A stretch of 63,463 nucleotides of DNA, filler included, from Choristocarpus tenellus KU-1152 (taxonomy: Eukaryota; Protista; Phaeophyceae): assembly GCA_964200185.2 (NCBI GenBank). It is 11 parts of 11 records of this genome, joined end to end, with 100 filler letters (N's around TTAATTAATTAA, not from the genome) between each part and the next. Parts side by side here need not be neighbours in the genome. Positions count along the whole stretch, not along the records: positions 11,766 to 14,435 come from CAXNAD020025788.1; positions 14,536 to 17,202 come from CAXNAD020025809.1; positions 17,303 to 22,024 come from CAXNAD020013332.1; positions 22,125 to 26,334 come from CAXNAD020015679.1; positions 26,435 to 34,606 come from CAXNAD020005049.1; 6 more parts are not named here. One strand, given 5' to 3'. Shown here one piece after another: positions 13,712 through 26,878 of this stretch (position 1 is its first letter; every line of letters begins with the position of its first letter). The position numbers were made by a program, and so were the translations under genes. Below the pieces are notes generated by a model. It searched no databases, was not told the DNA's origin, and worked only from the letters and a program-made list of their open reading frames with translations.

Positions 13712-14386
13712 GACCCGAGTAGTATCACTGCTGCGCACTCGCCCAATTTGTCTGTGAAAGACTCCCTCCAACTTACCACAGAGTTCAAGTGTGGTGGTAG
13801 TACTAATATTGTGTGTTAGGACCACTAAGATGGTCGAGTATTATTTAAAATATCAAATCATAACTTCAGTCTTGAGTAAAAAAAACACACAGTCCCCTCC
13901 ATCACAATTCAATCAACACCTTATCATCCACAAGTCATTAGATCATACGTCAAATATTAAATGACCCTCCTAAATGCGGACTGACAAGGTGTCATCACTA
14001 CAAAGAGTTAAAATATGGGGAGAGGGAAATCCTCGGCCTTCCTGTGAAGTGTCACCCAGCATCCAATACTCGTACCCCCTTTACAAACCCGTATCATATC
14101 ACACCTGCATGCTTGCATGAACAAGGTGTGGGAGTGACTGCAGCAACAGAGGAGTGGATGGTAGGTAGCACCTGGAGAGGCGAACATCACTCAGAGTGAA
14201 AATGTGGAGAGGAGGGACAGCTCACTACACAAAAGCTTATCCAACACACCCTGTGCTATTCAAAATAATGCAAGTTCTTGTAGCTCAAGTGGTAATCCAT
14301 CAATACCATCCACAGGAACTCGCGGTTCGAACACAGGTGAGGTGGGATACTTTCTTATCCAGAACATGTAGCAAGCATAACAACAA

Positions 14387-14435
14387 CCCAAAGTATCTGG
14401 CGGGGGGGGGAAGTCTACAACAGGGTGTCCATTTG
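14387..14435. mobile_element. MITE family 2 end, truncated by contig end
   Basis: CCCAAAGTATCTGGCGGGGG...TCTACAACAGGGTGTCCATTTG matches the reverse complement of the 3' end of the copy at 28599-28885. Confidence 0.65.
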
Positions 14436-14535
14436 NNNNNNNNNNNNNNNNNNNNNNNNNNNNNNNNNNNNNNNNNNNNTTAATTAATTAANNNNNNNNN
14501 NNNNNNNNNNNNNNNNNNNNNNNNNNNNNNNNNNN

Positions 14536-14612
14536 GTAAATGCACTTTTCCTGATTTTGACCCAAATGGATACCCTGGTGTACACCCTCCCCCCAAAAAA
14601 GTACTCTGGGTC
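14536..14612. mobile_element. MITE family 2, 3' part at contig start
   Basis: TGCACTTTTCCTG...CCAAATGGATACCCTGGTGTACACCC matches the copies at 28599 and 34707. Confidence 0.65.
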
Positions 14613-15609
14613 AGTGCATTGTGTAATGCCTAGTGTCTCTTACCACAGGTCGGGAGGTCCCCCAGACTGAAGTGACAAATACAAATAGGAAGAACAATAT
14701 ATTTTACATGGATTATCCCATTAGAGTGAGCTTACAGTACAAACATCGTGAGCAGGGCAGCGCTTGCTGCGCTTTTTGGTCCCCTCTCTATCGCTTCAAC
14801 TAGCTACAACCTACCAATGCACCACTTACTAAAAGGAGAACCTTTCCCAGTGCTATACTTCGAAGTTACAATCCCTTTCCCCGGTTTGACATATACAGAA
14901 AAGTGAGATTGCAAGTACTTGGTGTGACTTGTGACTTGTGCTATCAAAATCAAACTACCACAAACCAATAGACTCCTGATTTTCTCTGAAGTATTAAGTA
15001 GGCTTTCCATCATTGGCTATGCCAAACAATTTGGAAACCAAGAGAGAGTAGCCTACATTGTACTTGACCTGCGGTGAACTTGAATGTTCTTGAAATATAT
15101 TCTACGAGTCCCTTCAAGTAAATAGAAATGCAGAACTCGGGAATTCTGTAGTGGCAATGAAAGCATAACATTACTCAGTAATAATAGTAAGGACCTCAGC
15201 AGTACACCTCTATGCTAGTACATATTATGACTTGTTATGGTAATCAAGGGCGTATTGTTACTATTAGAATATCCGTTGCTTCACATATCAGAGTCAAAGT
15301 AAACGAGAGGTACCCAGAGTTGAATTTTAAGGATGCTGACAAATATGTCCAAAATTCAGCCTTTTTTCACAAACGTGTATACAGGATATTTTCTGAATTT
15401 TGTCAGTAAAGTTTCAAATTATAAGGAATTAAACGCTCTCAAGTCAAACCTAGAACTTCATCCATAGAAGTATGGGTAACTTGCAAAAGTTGTATAAAAA
15501 GACTTGGAATGCAAAACGGCCAATACCTGTGCCTAAATGCACAACGGCAGGATAAGCTTTGAATCCTTGCTATATAAAATGCAGGTACAGCATTCTCCAG
15601 GTGATATAA

Positions 15610-15868
15610 GAGTCAAAGTATCTTAGAGGGTAGAGCCACGTCCATTTGGGGACCAAAATCCAATGTTGCATTTTTGACGTAATTTTGGATATCATGGTTG
15701 TTAGGAGATGTCAATATCCTTGTTCTGGACACATATTTTCATAATGTAGGCATTTTACCTACTCCGAAACATTTTGGAGTAGGTAAAATGTCGTTAAAAA
15801 CCCTTGGGAAGCCAAGGCCCAAATGGACAAACAGGGAAAAACTCGTACCCTCTAAGATACTTTCACTC
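15610..15868 (+). mobile_element. MITE family 1 (Sola-like), full copy, TSD ATAA
   Basis: TIRs GAGTCAAAGTATCTTAGAGGGTA / TACCCTCTAAGATACTTTCACTC; ATAA directly on both sides. Confidence 0.9.
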
Positions 15869-16869
15869 ATAAATCATTAATTTATTGGTACCACTTACTG
15901 TACCAATGAGAATTGCATGCAGTATCGGCCAAACGTTTTTTTATGGCAAGACCGAAATGCGCTGGTCTAACACCACGCTAGTCATTACCCACCCCTACAT
16001 TGACATGAAACTTTCTTTAATATCTTGGCACGTCCAGGGCATACCCTGACCTTTCAGTAGTTGCCCTTATCCTCATGTCAATGCAGCAATATTGGACCTG
16101 ATACACAGCATCGTCGCACACTATTTATGATAATTATTCCGACACAACAAAGAGGAAGTACTTAACGAGATATCTTCCATCTCTGCTTTGTTGCACCACT
16201 TTTGCAACGCCCAAAGAGCAGGTACATAACGAGATTTTTCATTTCTACTGGGTTGTACCTGTTTTGTACCTGCTAAGCAGGAGCGACATTACGATATATA
16301 CAAATACGTATGTAATCGTTTCTAATTTGTTGTACCTGTGTTACAACTGCCTAAGAGGACCTATTATACATATTATTATGGCCTCTGACATTATATCAAA
16401 ATATGTTCAGTTCCACAATGTTATATAGTGTTAGCAGTTACCTCTAGGATCAGACCAGTCTTGCTTTTTTTCAAAGGTTTGCCCAACGATTTAAACGATT
16501 ATCGGCATATTTAATGAACGCTCTTGATCTAAGCTATGGATTTCCGGAAAGGAATTTGTTCGTTCGTAAAATTAGTTTGGTAAGGTTACATTTTAACCGA
16601 ATGTTTTCGGCACAACCTTGAAAATGTTTCGGAATGAATTATCACGACCGAAACTATTCTTCCGAAAGAATTCCTTTGCTTCAATGGACAGCCTAGATCC
16701 AGAGTTTTCATTTGATATTCTGGTCGTCGATTAACTCGTTGGGCAACCTTTTCAAAACAATCAAGGTTGGTACCCGCCAAAACAGTACGTGGGCTAACCT
16801 CGGGTTAATACTGTTTAAGCCACTCACATGACACTGTGACGCACAATGAGCTCCGAGATGTGGCCTGCC

Positions 16870-17119
16870 CCACACAGGACACTGTGAATTGAACCCAATA
16901 GAAATGGTCTGGGGGCGGGCGAACCACTATGTACGAGACCACTGTGACTACACATTGCCTGGAATGAGAGCCAACATCCCTGTCAGTCTTAAGGAGGAAG
17001 GGGGGTTTCAGAGTAATTGTGGAGAGGTTCTTCAGGATGAGTATTGCTTACCACCCAGTATATTCCAACGAGAAAGGCATGGAGTGCACCAAATTATACA
17101 GGGTGTACAAGATATTTAA
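16870..17119 (+). pseudogene. Tc1/IS630-type (DDE_3) transposase C-terminal fragment
   Basis: GHCELNPIEMVWGRANHYVRDHC matches the HCELNPIExxW catalytic-Glu motif of Tc1/IS630 transposases. No upstream DD region is recognisable. Confidence 0.75.
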
Positions 17120-18647
17120 GCCTCACAGGAGGCCTGCACCTTCAGAATACCTCATTTGACTTGGCATGGATTGTCTGGTTCAGAGGCCCAGATCCTCATG
17201 AGNNNNNNNNNNNNNNNNNNNNNNNNNNNNNNNNNNNNNNNNNNNNTTAATTAATTAANNNNNNNNNNNNNNNNNNNNNNNNNNNNNNNNNNNNNNNNNN
17301 NNTATGTATGTATGTATGTATGTATGTATGTGTGTTTGTGTGTGCGTGTACATGTTGATATACCTCACTGAATCTGTCTTGGTGTCTGTCTCACTTGTGG
17401 TGAGTCTTATATGCACATATAATTGTGTGTGTTTTTAATGTTATTTCGTACGTTTTTTGTTTCTGTTTATAAAAAAAAATGTACTTCTGTGTTTTTGTCC
17501 ATTTTTTTCTTATCTTATTTTCTAAGAATGTCAAGATTGAGGGGGTAGGACACACGGACCATTTCAAAAAGATCATGTGTCTGAGTTGATAGTTTAAGAA
17601 ATATAAAATCTGAAGTTTTTTAACGCGATGGTTTAAGAAATAGAACCCTTTGAGAAAGATACAGACTTGCTGCCTAGATTGAGGAGGTGGGACACACCCT
17701 GTTAAGAAATAAATAAATCTCAGTCAAGAGTCACATTTTTCCGAATTGAAGCATACCTCGAGTGTTTCAAAACTAGTGCTAAAAACTACTCTTTTTGACC
17801 TGACTGTCCACAAATACAGGTTCTTGTCGATCCCAGCTAACTCAGAAATGGATACCATCTTACCACTGGTATACATAAAATGTAATCTGATCCCTGTTTA
17901 AGAATAGAGATATATTAATTGAAACCCCCATTTTGGTTCCTTTGTGTGAGTCATTATTGTGTGAAGGACTAAAGGTTTACAAGTGTGTGAGCATGGGGAA
18001 GATTCGACTCTTTATACAGGCCGCTGTTTTATTCTTATAGGAGCGCTAGAAAGGTGCATCTGTGCTCATTAATTTCAACCGCTACGGAGTTTGAGTTCAA
18101 ATACCACTCCTACATTCTTTTTTTCCACTAGAATGGACCGGGTTGGATATTACACATCACGGGTAGTCCTAGAAATTGGTATGGCGTTATGATATTTTGT
18201 TGCGAATGATGCAAGTAGTTGGGGTCATCCTCTTGACATATCTTGTGATTTTGACACCACAATGCAGTCTCTCCTCCACCGCTCTAACAGATGAGACCTA
18301 GTGATTCCTAGCGATAGTAATTTCGGGCCAACTCAACATACTATTTCTAATGAAATTGGACCATACTATGATGAACATCTGTTGTCAACATGGTATGAAT
18401 AAAATAATTGAATTGCAATGCACTGGCTCTGTACTCAGTTGCTTGTAAGTAACACAAAGATAAAGAAAACATTTTTTTAACATTTCTATTTTTTGCGGTA
18501 ATGAACTGAACTGTAAACTGCGATCTCTATCTTTAGTACTACCACCCATTGCACCTACCCCTCCCTCCTCTCCATTTTAATAAATATATATATATATATA
18601 TATATGTTTAAAATATGCTCATTTCATTTATTGCAATACTGATTCAG

Positions 18648-18741
18648 GCTCGAGCGTCTGCTCAAACGCGCGACAGATCGTGTTGAAAGACTGTTCCTTC
18701 ACTTGTGCAACATCAAAGGAGAAAACGCCTGGCTGGGGAGG
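18648..18741 (+). CDS. Probable internal exon of an unidentified gene
   Basis: Acceptor ttcag and donor gtgag flank LERLLKRATDRVERLFLHLCNIKGENAWLGR. Other exon-like segments lie near 20020-20063 and 21538-21712, but frame and strand could not be resolved. Confidence 0.35.
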
Positions 18742-19297
18742 GTGAGAGAGGAAGGGCATGGAAGCTGCAGGCGCCTTCTGCAGTATGTTTTGGCAACAAA
18801 AATGGATACTGAGAGTGACGGGTGAGGGGGGCAGGGGCAGGGGCAGGGGCAGGAGCAGGGGGAGGGGGAGGGGAAGGCGAATGGGAGTTGGGCTTCCTGA
18901 GAGGGCCTTTTTGCTTGAGCTGGGGAGGTATCTGTACATAGCTCTATAGCAGTGTAGAGTGGTGCCACAGCATTTTGGCCATTGTGGATGTTGGTCTAAT
19001 TTGCATACCCATATAGTGTCTTAGATGTATTGTGACACGAGAGGGTTCTTGGTATAGGTACCAGGTTTTTGAGTATCTTCTGCATGGTACCTCCTGTGCC
19101 TAACTGTGCTCTTCTGTGTATAGCTGTTGGGATGATGTAGGTGAGAAGATCTTATGTACTGAGGGTACTGAGGGTACTGATTGGTGTGCACCGGTCAACA
19201 TCAAGTGTTGTAGTCTGTAAGGGGTTGTACAAGGGCTTTTACTCAGATACTGGTTTCATGTTCGAGTAGGGTATACTAACTGTACTTGTATTCTATG

Positions 19298-19735
19298 TGG
19301 TACTGGTACTGGTACTGGTACTGGTACTGGTATATACTTCAAAGTTCTGGTTCATAAGGTGCTTGTACCATCATGCTATTTTGTGTAAGAGTAGTACATA
19401 CTTTACCCACTATACTTGGTACTGTGCGTTGTACTGGTACCAGTGCTGGTACTGGTACCAATATCCTTCAAGGTTCTGGGTCATTAAGCACTTGCACCCT
19501 CATACAAGTGTATCCTCGTGTAGCAGAAGTGCATACTCTACTCACTATAGTTGGTACTATGTGTTGTACTGGTACTGGTACTGGTACTGATATCCTTCAA
19601 AGTTCTGGGTCTTTAAGTGTTATCACCTTAACACTATTTTCGTGTAGTAGTAGCATATACTCCACCCACTGTACTTGGTACTGTATGTTGTACTGATACT
19701 GGTACAAGTGCTCATACTGGTATCCTTCAAAGGTC
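19298..19735. repeat. Degenerate ~130-bp tandem repeat (3+ copies) containing (TACTGG)n
   Basis: The anchor TATCCTTCAAAGTTCTGG recurs near 19335, 19461, 19590 and 19721, each preceded by GGTACTGGTACT. Confidence 0.75.
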
Positions 19736-22531
19736 TACAGTAAGTTGTCCATTCTGGGGTGCTACTTCACTATTGACTTAATGATTTTCACTTAATGTTT
19801 CAAGTCCAATGATCCTCTAGGCAAAAAGGTAAGCGTTAAAAGAGAAAAAAAAACACTTCTCAATCCTTGTGCAGGCACTTCTTTTTTATTATTGCTGTAG
19901 TACCCCAATCATTTTGTTATGACCCCCGTCCACTCACCCTAACCTATCTCGCAACACGCATAATGTGGTTGTGGAACCCAACAAACAATCCAACAAACAC
20001 GATCACTTCCCTACCAAAGGTGTTGCCTGTGCACAGCTGCTCTCCGTTGCCTGGTCATGTGCAGTAAGATCAGTCCTGAGATGTGGACTGACTTGGCGAG
20101 GATTGATTGCATTGATGATGGCCATGATGGTGGTGAGGAGTACTATTTGTAAATTTGTATTTTCTATATTACTGTTATTGTTATTGCTATTACTGTTGTG
20201 TATGTGTTGGGTGTGTGTTTTGTGATTTATGCATATTATTATTTTTGGTGATGTTTCGAAGCATGTTGTTTCTCTTTTTGTAGTCATATCCTATAACCCT
20301 AACCCTAACCCTGGTGTTGACCTCAGTCCACCTAAAAATGAAAAATAGCTTACATGTAGGGAATCAAAATTCAATCCTTGTTGAGATATGGGTTAGGGTA
20401 AGGGTAAGGGTAAGGGTAAGGGTAAGGGTAAGTGTTTGGGTCAGAGTTATTATTGTGAAGTTTGGATGGATAAGGAAGGAGATTGGTGTTAGGGATATTG
20501 ATTTGGACAGTAGTATGTGCATGTGTTTTTTTTTCTGATAAGGTTTTCATAGTATGTATTTATGTCATATTATTCATAGTATACATTTATGTCATAGTAT
20601 TCTTAGTATGTGTTTTTGCGTGTGTGAGATGCACAGAATACTGGAGAGAGTTTTTTTCTTGGTATATATATATTTTTTTTTCACAGAGAATTTTTTTTTC
20701 ATTTTGTCTTAAAAAATATATAGAAGCCTTTTAAAAAAAAGGTTGACCGAAAGGAAGAAAGAATGGTTCTTGCCATCAAAGAAAACCCGATGATAGCAAA
20801 ACTAGAATACTTTCCACTTCTTCTGTTTTCGATTGCTGAATTCATCCGACCACTTTTTGCATGTGTGAAATGTTCAGATTGCTGGATTTATTTGTCCTCT
20901 TTTCTTGACCTGTTAGTATTTTTTTATGATAGGAAAAGGTTCTTTTTGTTCACTACAAGATGAAACACATACAAATATATATATGTTTAAAATAATTGAA
21001 ATTGAGAATAAAAAGAAGGAATCTAAAAATGATCCAAAGAATTTTCCTCGCTGATTATTTTTTTATTACAGCAACAACATCTGTCCGCCTATATACATAC
21101 ATACATATATGTATAGAGAGAACCGTATTTGTTTCACTTCCTCCCCTCCCCCGTAGACTGTTGTTTTTGAATTGCAAGCAAGATCGTATAATTCAATTAA
21201 TGAACAGAATGATCCCTATCTCTGTTTCTAAGGCTTCTAACCCTAACCCTAACCCAATATGCATCACCATCGCCCTGACTGGATTAAAGACCTCTTCTAG
21301 TCCTCTGTCCCAAGAGTACAGTAGTCCTCCATATCCCTTGTACCCTCCTCCCTTATCCTCTCACAAGCCCTATCCTTCCCCTGTTCCCTTAATCCAAGAT
21401 CTGTCAATGGGATGATCTAACTCCGTTTACGATGATATTTGTAAATGTAGTATAGCAAAAGTAGTGTAGCAAAAGTAGTAAAGCAAAAGTAGTATAGCAC
21501 TACCTCTGACTGTTCCTATGGGTGTGGTTTCTGCAAGACTCCACCGGAGGAGAAGGCAAAGGGTTGGAGGGACTCAAGGTTCTTCTTTCCCACTGTACTG
21601 AACTCATCCGAACCGCTGGTGCCGCTGCTTTGGGAACTGGCTCCGGGGACCATTCTGGGACCGGTCATGAGGAAGGGGTACGGTACTGGGTCGGCGATGG
21701 ATACGATGATGAGTATGTGCATGTGGGGACAGAAGGAGGAGGTGTAGGAGACAGGAGTCAGTGGGGGGAGGGGTTGATGGTGGTGCTGTTGCTGCTGGAG
21801 GAGACTTTGAATGGTGAGAGGAGGAGAGAAGGAAGGAAGGAAGGAAGGCATTTTTGTGTTCGAAGTTGTTGCTATTGTTCTGATGTTTGGATGTTTGTAA
21901 TGGTGGGTTTTCTTTTTTCTTTTTTGGTGAGTGGAATGATGTGCTTGCTGGGAGGGAGGGGAGAGGGGAGGGGCATGACCATTAAAAAAATATATATATT
22001 TCAAGTTTTATAAATCAGAAGAGCNNNNNNNNNNNNNNNNNNNNNNNNNNNNNNNNNNNNNNNNNNNNTTAATTAATTAANNNNNNNNNNNNNNNNNNNN
22101 NNNNNNNNNNNNNNNNNNNNNNNNTGCTTTAGATATGATACCCCAACCCTAGAGATCTGCACTCCTTCTAAATACAACTCTATGCCCCACTCCAGAAGCA
22201 AATTGTGTGGATGCCAAACTCAACACCATCGTTCGTATGAGGACGTCATTGCATTTGTGTATTATTTCACCCTAGCTCCTATTGCTGTCTTTTGGGTATA
22301 TATTTACTGAATAGTTGTACCATCTATAAGCGTGTTGAATGTCCTATAATTACACATATATAAACTGCTCCATAAGCAAAATGTGTGGATGCCAACCTTA
22401 ACAAGATCATCTTTTGTACGAGGCAATTGCATCTATTTAGTTGTCATTCCTCTTTGCTATTCCCCTATTTAGCTTTTCTGGCTGAAAAGTAATGCCCCAT
22501 ATCTGTGTGTGTTCGATATCTATTCTTTCAG

Positions 22532-24262
22532 GAGAAGGAGAAGAAATCCAAGAAGAGAAAGGCTGATATTACTGGGGATGAAGACACTGCCAAAAAGGTG
22601 TGATTGTGAGGTGTGGCGTGTAACTTGTAGCTATTATAGCTTAATATTCCATATGCTTATTGAATATTTGTCTCCTGTAGAAGAAGTACATGTTTTTGAA
22701 AGTGAGAAGATCATACTGAGTTTCAACTTAGTTGCAAACTTCTCTTCATGGATACTTAAAATACCTCTGTTAAAATGCCTGCAAAATGCCCGAAATGGTT
22801 TTCTGGTAGCTAGCTTGAGGTTCATGTTTGTCCAAGGTGTGTAATATAGTAGAACAGTAGTTGAAGTAAATTTGTGAGATCGTCATTGCTGTACTGCGAA
22901 CTATAGATGCTAGAAATACTGCTTTTCATCTTCAGACATGTTCTGCATTCTCTTTGTACCTTTCTCATTCCAGTCTAAAGCAGAAGAATGCAAGGTGTAT
23001 GTTAGAGGCCTTCCATGGAATACACCTGATGATGATATCAAAGACTTTTTCAAGTCATGTGGTAAAATTCTCACTCTTGAGCAGCCTCTCAGCCACGATG
23101 GGCGATCAAGTGGAACTGCGTATGTGACCTTCGACAGCAATGCATCTGCCAACAAGGCTATTGCGGTGAGAGACATAAGATGTTGCTATATATCTTCTAA
23201 AAACAGAGTAAAACGATGTATAACAAGGTCTAAGGAGGTGTGACTGTCCCTAGGTACATCTGCCATCATCACATGAATCATGTGTTTTTAAATTTTTCAT
23301 CAAACTCTTCATAATACTGTTTTGCGACAAATCTTACCTAGCAGCATATTCTTTGCTCTGTCATCAGATGGACCAGCAAGAGCTTGGTGGACGTTGGCTG
23401 AAAATACAGATGGCCACAGAAAAGCCGGCAGGTCAAGCCAAGGGCTTTGGAGGGGAGAAAAAGGAAAAGCCAGAGGGATGCACAACTGTGTTCATTGGTA
23501 ATCTTTGTTGGTCAATTGATGAGGTAAGTTTGTTTTAGCATTGGAAACCTCAATTATTTTGTGAGGTAATGATTTTGTATATAGGAAGTCGTTTATATGA
23601 TGACTAGAGTAATAAGAAACCATTCATTGCTGTGCACAAAATTTAATGGGCACAGAAGGTTAAACTTTGATTTCATTCTGTGATATGGCAGGAGACAGTC
23701 CGAGAAGCATTTGGAGAGTGTGGTGACATCAAGAGTGTACGCTTTGCTGAGAACAGGGAAACGGGAGAATTCAGGGGTTTTGGCCATGTAGAGTTCTATG
23801 ATGGATCTTGTGTCGATGCTGCCATGGAGCTTGCGGGCACAGATGTAATGGGACGTCCTATCAGGGTAAGTCAAAAATATCACTGATTTTGTGTCTTCAA
23901 GAAATTTTTTCTAGAAAAATTTAATTATGAAACATACCAACACCTAGAACGATTGAAAACATTATGTACTTGTCTAACTGCATAGTTCAGTGTTGCAATA
24001 TCTGGAGTGCTTTTATTGATCAAAACTATTTTGCGTGACATGATAAACTCCTGATACCCCCATTGATCAGATTGACTATGCTGCACCGCGTGCACCTCGA
24101 GAGTCCTTTGGAGGTGGTGGAGGTGGAGGTGGTCGTGGAGGCAGGGGAGGTGGTAGGGGAGGTGGTAGAGGAGGTGGTAGAGGTGGTGGTGGTGGTGGCT
24201 TTAGTCCCAGGGTCAAACAAGGTATTCAAACTTTCAAAGGAAACAAAAAGACATTTGACTAG
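22532..24262 (+). CDS. Nucleolin/NSR1-like RNA-binding protein (2 RRM + RGG box), 5' end missing
   Basis: Phase-0 exons 22532-22597, 22974-23165 (VYVRGLPW...GTAYVTF), 23368-23523 (TVFIGNL), 23692-23865 (RGFGHVEF), 24071-24262 (IDYAAPR...GGRGGRGGGRGG...TFKGNKKTFD-stop). The C-terminus is typical of nucleolin/NSR1/Gar2. Confidence 0.88.
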
Positions 24263-26878
24263 GACCTTCCGTAAATGATAGGTTTAGATATTGTGTTGAA
24301 ACGGAATGGGTAAAGCCATGATGGAGGTCTATGTTAGTTAAGGTGTTGAAAATCAGAGCAATTTTGTTTCAACTGCCTTTATTTGCTCTCTTGACTGATG
24401 TGGTTTTGTGTGTCAAGCATTTTCATTTCTGCTCCCTTTTCAATCACATGTGTACGCCTCAAGTTCATTGCCATGAGGGTGCCCCAGTACGGTAAAAAAC
24501 TTCCCTAAATACGATTAGATGAATGTGGTAGATAACCTACTGGCAACACATTCTACATGGTATCATAACATGCTGTGAGATAAATCTTGGACCTCGTTCA
24601 TTTTATTGGAGTTCACCTGTGCTATATTATTGGCTCTTTAATTAGAGCTATGAGTAATGATGATCGATCAATGTTTTAAGGTAGAGGTAAGGTAGCATAT
24701 CAGCAAGTACAATATCAAATTTGAGTGAAACATGATAGGACTTGGTACTCAGTGTCCAAAACTGAACTGAAGTGTCAGTTAGTCTACCACCTTGGTAATT
24801 GTTGGTTAACCCTTCTCAGATGATTCCTCTGTCGTATATGCTTGCCATTGGTGCTCAGTTAATGTTGTATGTGCAGGGGATTGCTTTCTGTTTTTTTGTA
24901 CATTGTCTTCTGAGTCAATGCCCAACAAAGTTGAATGAGAAATAACCTGAAGTCCATGCATATATGACATAAAGAAACAGGCAGGAAACATAATGGGATC
25001 GTCTTGATCCTGGTGTAAACTCTCACTTCCAACAGTTAAGTTGCCATCCAAAAAAGGACAACAGTATCTAGGACTCATTTCATGAAGAACAGTGGAAAGA
25101 AATGTAAATCCTTCTTTTATGCAGAAGAGTGCAAATGCACGTAATGCTGGCAGATAAAATTTTCCACTTATCCAATTTAGAAACAAACAAAATTTTGTCA
25201 CACAGTAATGTCTCATGTGGAAGATAAATATGTGGGAGCTTTCCTATTGAGGCTTCTGTATAAAACGAAGGGTCTATTTCATTGCACGCCATCAGTTAAT
25301 CAATGCACATTGTCACGAACTAAAAGATGTAATGCTTCGTTGCAAGACCCGCATCATTCAGACTATTTACCACATGAATCTGGTCGATGTATCAAAGAAC
25401 CATCACTTTTTTAGTGTCAATTACATTAATCCTGTATTTCAAAATAATAAAACTTAAGATAGAGGAGGATCAGTGGAGCAACTGTATGAGGCAAGGGTAG
25501 TGTTTAGACTATAGTATTCTCCAGTGTAAACGACCTCTGTGAAGAGAAGAGAAAGGGAGAAAGGATAGGTATAGGTTTACTGAAACCAATTGGTTGCTTG
25601 GTGCTAACTAGAGTTTTTCGTCTTTTTTTCGTTGTCTGTGCTGCATTTCTTAACAATTTCTCCATTTTCCATCCTTTGTTCCATTTATTCTGTTTCTCTT
25701 GTTTTTATCAAACATTCGTGTTTTCATTGTTCTCATTATTGTATTATTAGCTGTTGTTACTGGTGTCTTTAAGCCGCTCTGTGTCTAAGCATTCAGTAGT
25801 CTCCACAACATCATGTATTCATCCCGACCAGTGGCATTTAAAGGATTGGTACTGTCATGAGGGGAACAAGCCACAACATCTATGTCATGTATCTGCAAAA
25901 AGTTTGAACATCTTTAGTTGCATCGTACTTTTTCTGTGTATCATGCTTTGTGCTAGGCAATAAATAATCAATCAACAGTCAACACCAAGAGCCAAGGAAT
26001 TAGGGCTGGTCCAACATTTCGTAGAGAACGTACTACTTCAGGAATGTAGTCATTTTGCTAGTGAGTGTGAGTAGCTCCATCGATCAGAACAAGAGGGGGT
26101 TCCATTTTAAAATATATATTTCTGGTAATCGTTATCCTTCACAGTTGTTTCAGGGGTTCTACACCTGCATGGTCGAAAGGTAGAGGAAAGAGATACCATC
26201 ATGTCATTTGTCATTGAAAACACACAGATGGACCGACTGACAGGAATCACTTTTTTTATGAGCGTGAGGGGTAAACAGCTGATTTCAAAAATTGAGGATG
26301 GGCTTGACCCAAAATTGACTGGGATAAAGCGTCGNNNNNNNNNNNNNNNNNNNNNNNNNNNNNNNNNNNNNNNNNNNNTTAATTAATTAANNNNNNNNNN
26401 NNNNNNNNNNNNNNNNNNNNNNNNNNNNNNNNNNCTTGGTTTCCCCCCTGACACATCTGCAAAATGTCAGAGGGCATAATAATAAAAATATATCTTGTTT
26501 TATATGTATGACAACTCTTGTAACATACCACCTTACATTACATAAATGAAATGAACGTAATCTTTTTGAGGAGTTGGGATGGGAGGATCCTAAGGTAGAC
26601 GACGTACGTATTGGTACATTAACTGAGTCAACAACCAACAAGTGTTCTTTCTTGTCGCTATTCATCCTCATTCCTGCCGTGGTGTGGAGGTGTAAGGTCG
26701 TGTGATCACGTGATCCCTGACCTTTACCACCCACTATTATTGCAGCACAGAGTGACAAGGAAACAAACACATCACTGTTGTAGAATTCGTCCTCCTTGGT
26801 GACGAACGAAGAAGACATTGGTCACCAGCACAAGATATCCAAGCAAGCAAGCACACCAACAATAGACAGAGGGGTCAT

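Noticed and set aside
16150-16360. Three degenerate ~64-bp repeats (ACGAGAT...GTTGTACCTG)
   Set aside because: Too diverged to define. Probably the interior of an old transposon, with no further structure visible.
18628-22004. Minus-strand ORFs 18628-18939, 20003-20287 and 21516-22004 as a gene
   Set aside because: Largely low-complexity. Splice signals fit the plus strand at least as well, so only one low-confidence plus-strand exon is reported.
24806-26090. Possible convergent minus-strand gene downstream of the nucleolin-like gene (acceptor-like site near 25537)
   Set aside because: No recognisable protein motif and no consistent exon chain could be assembled.
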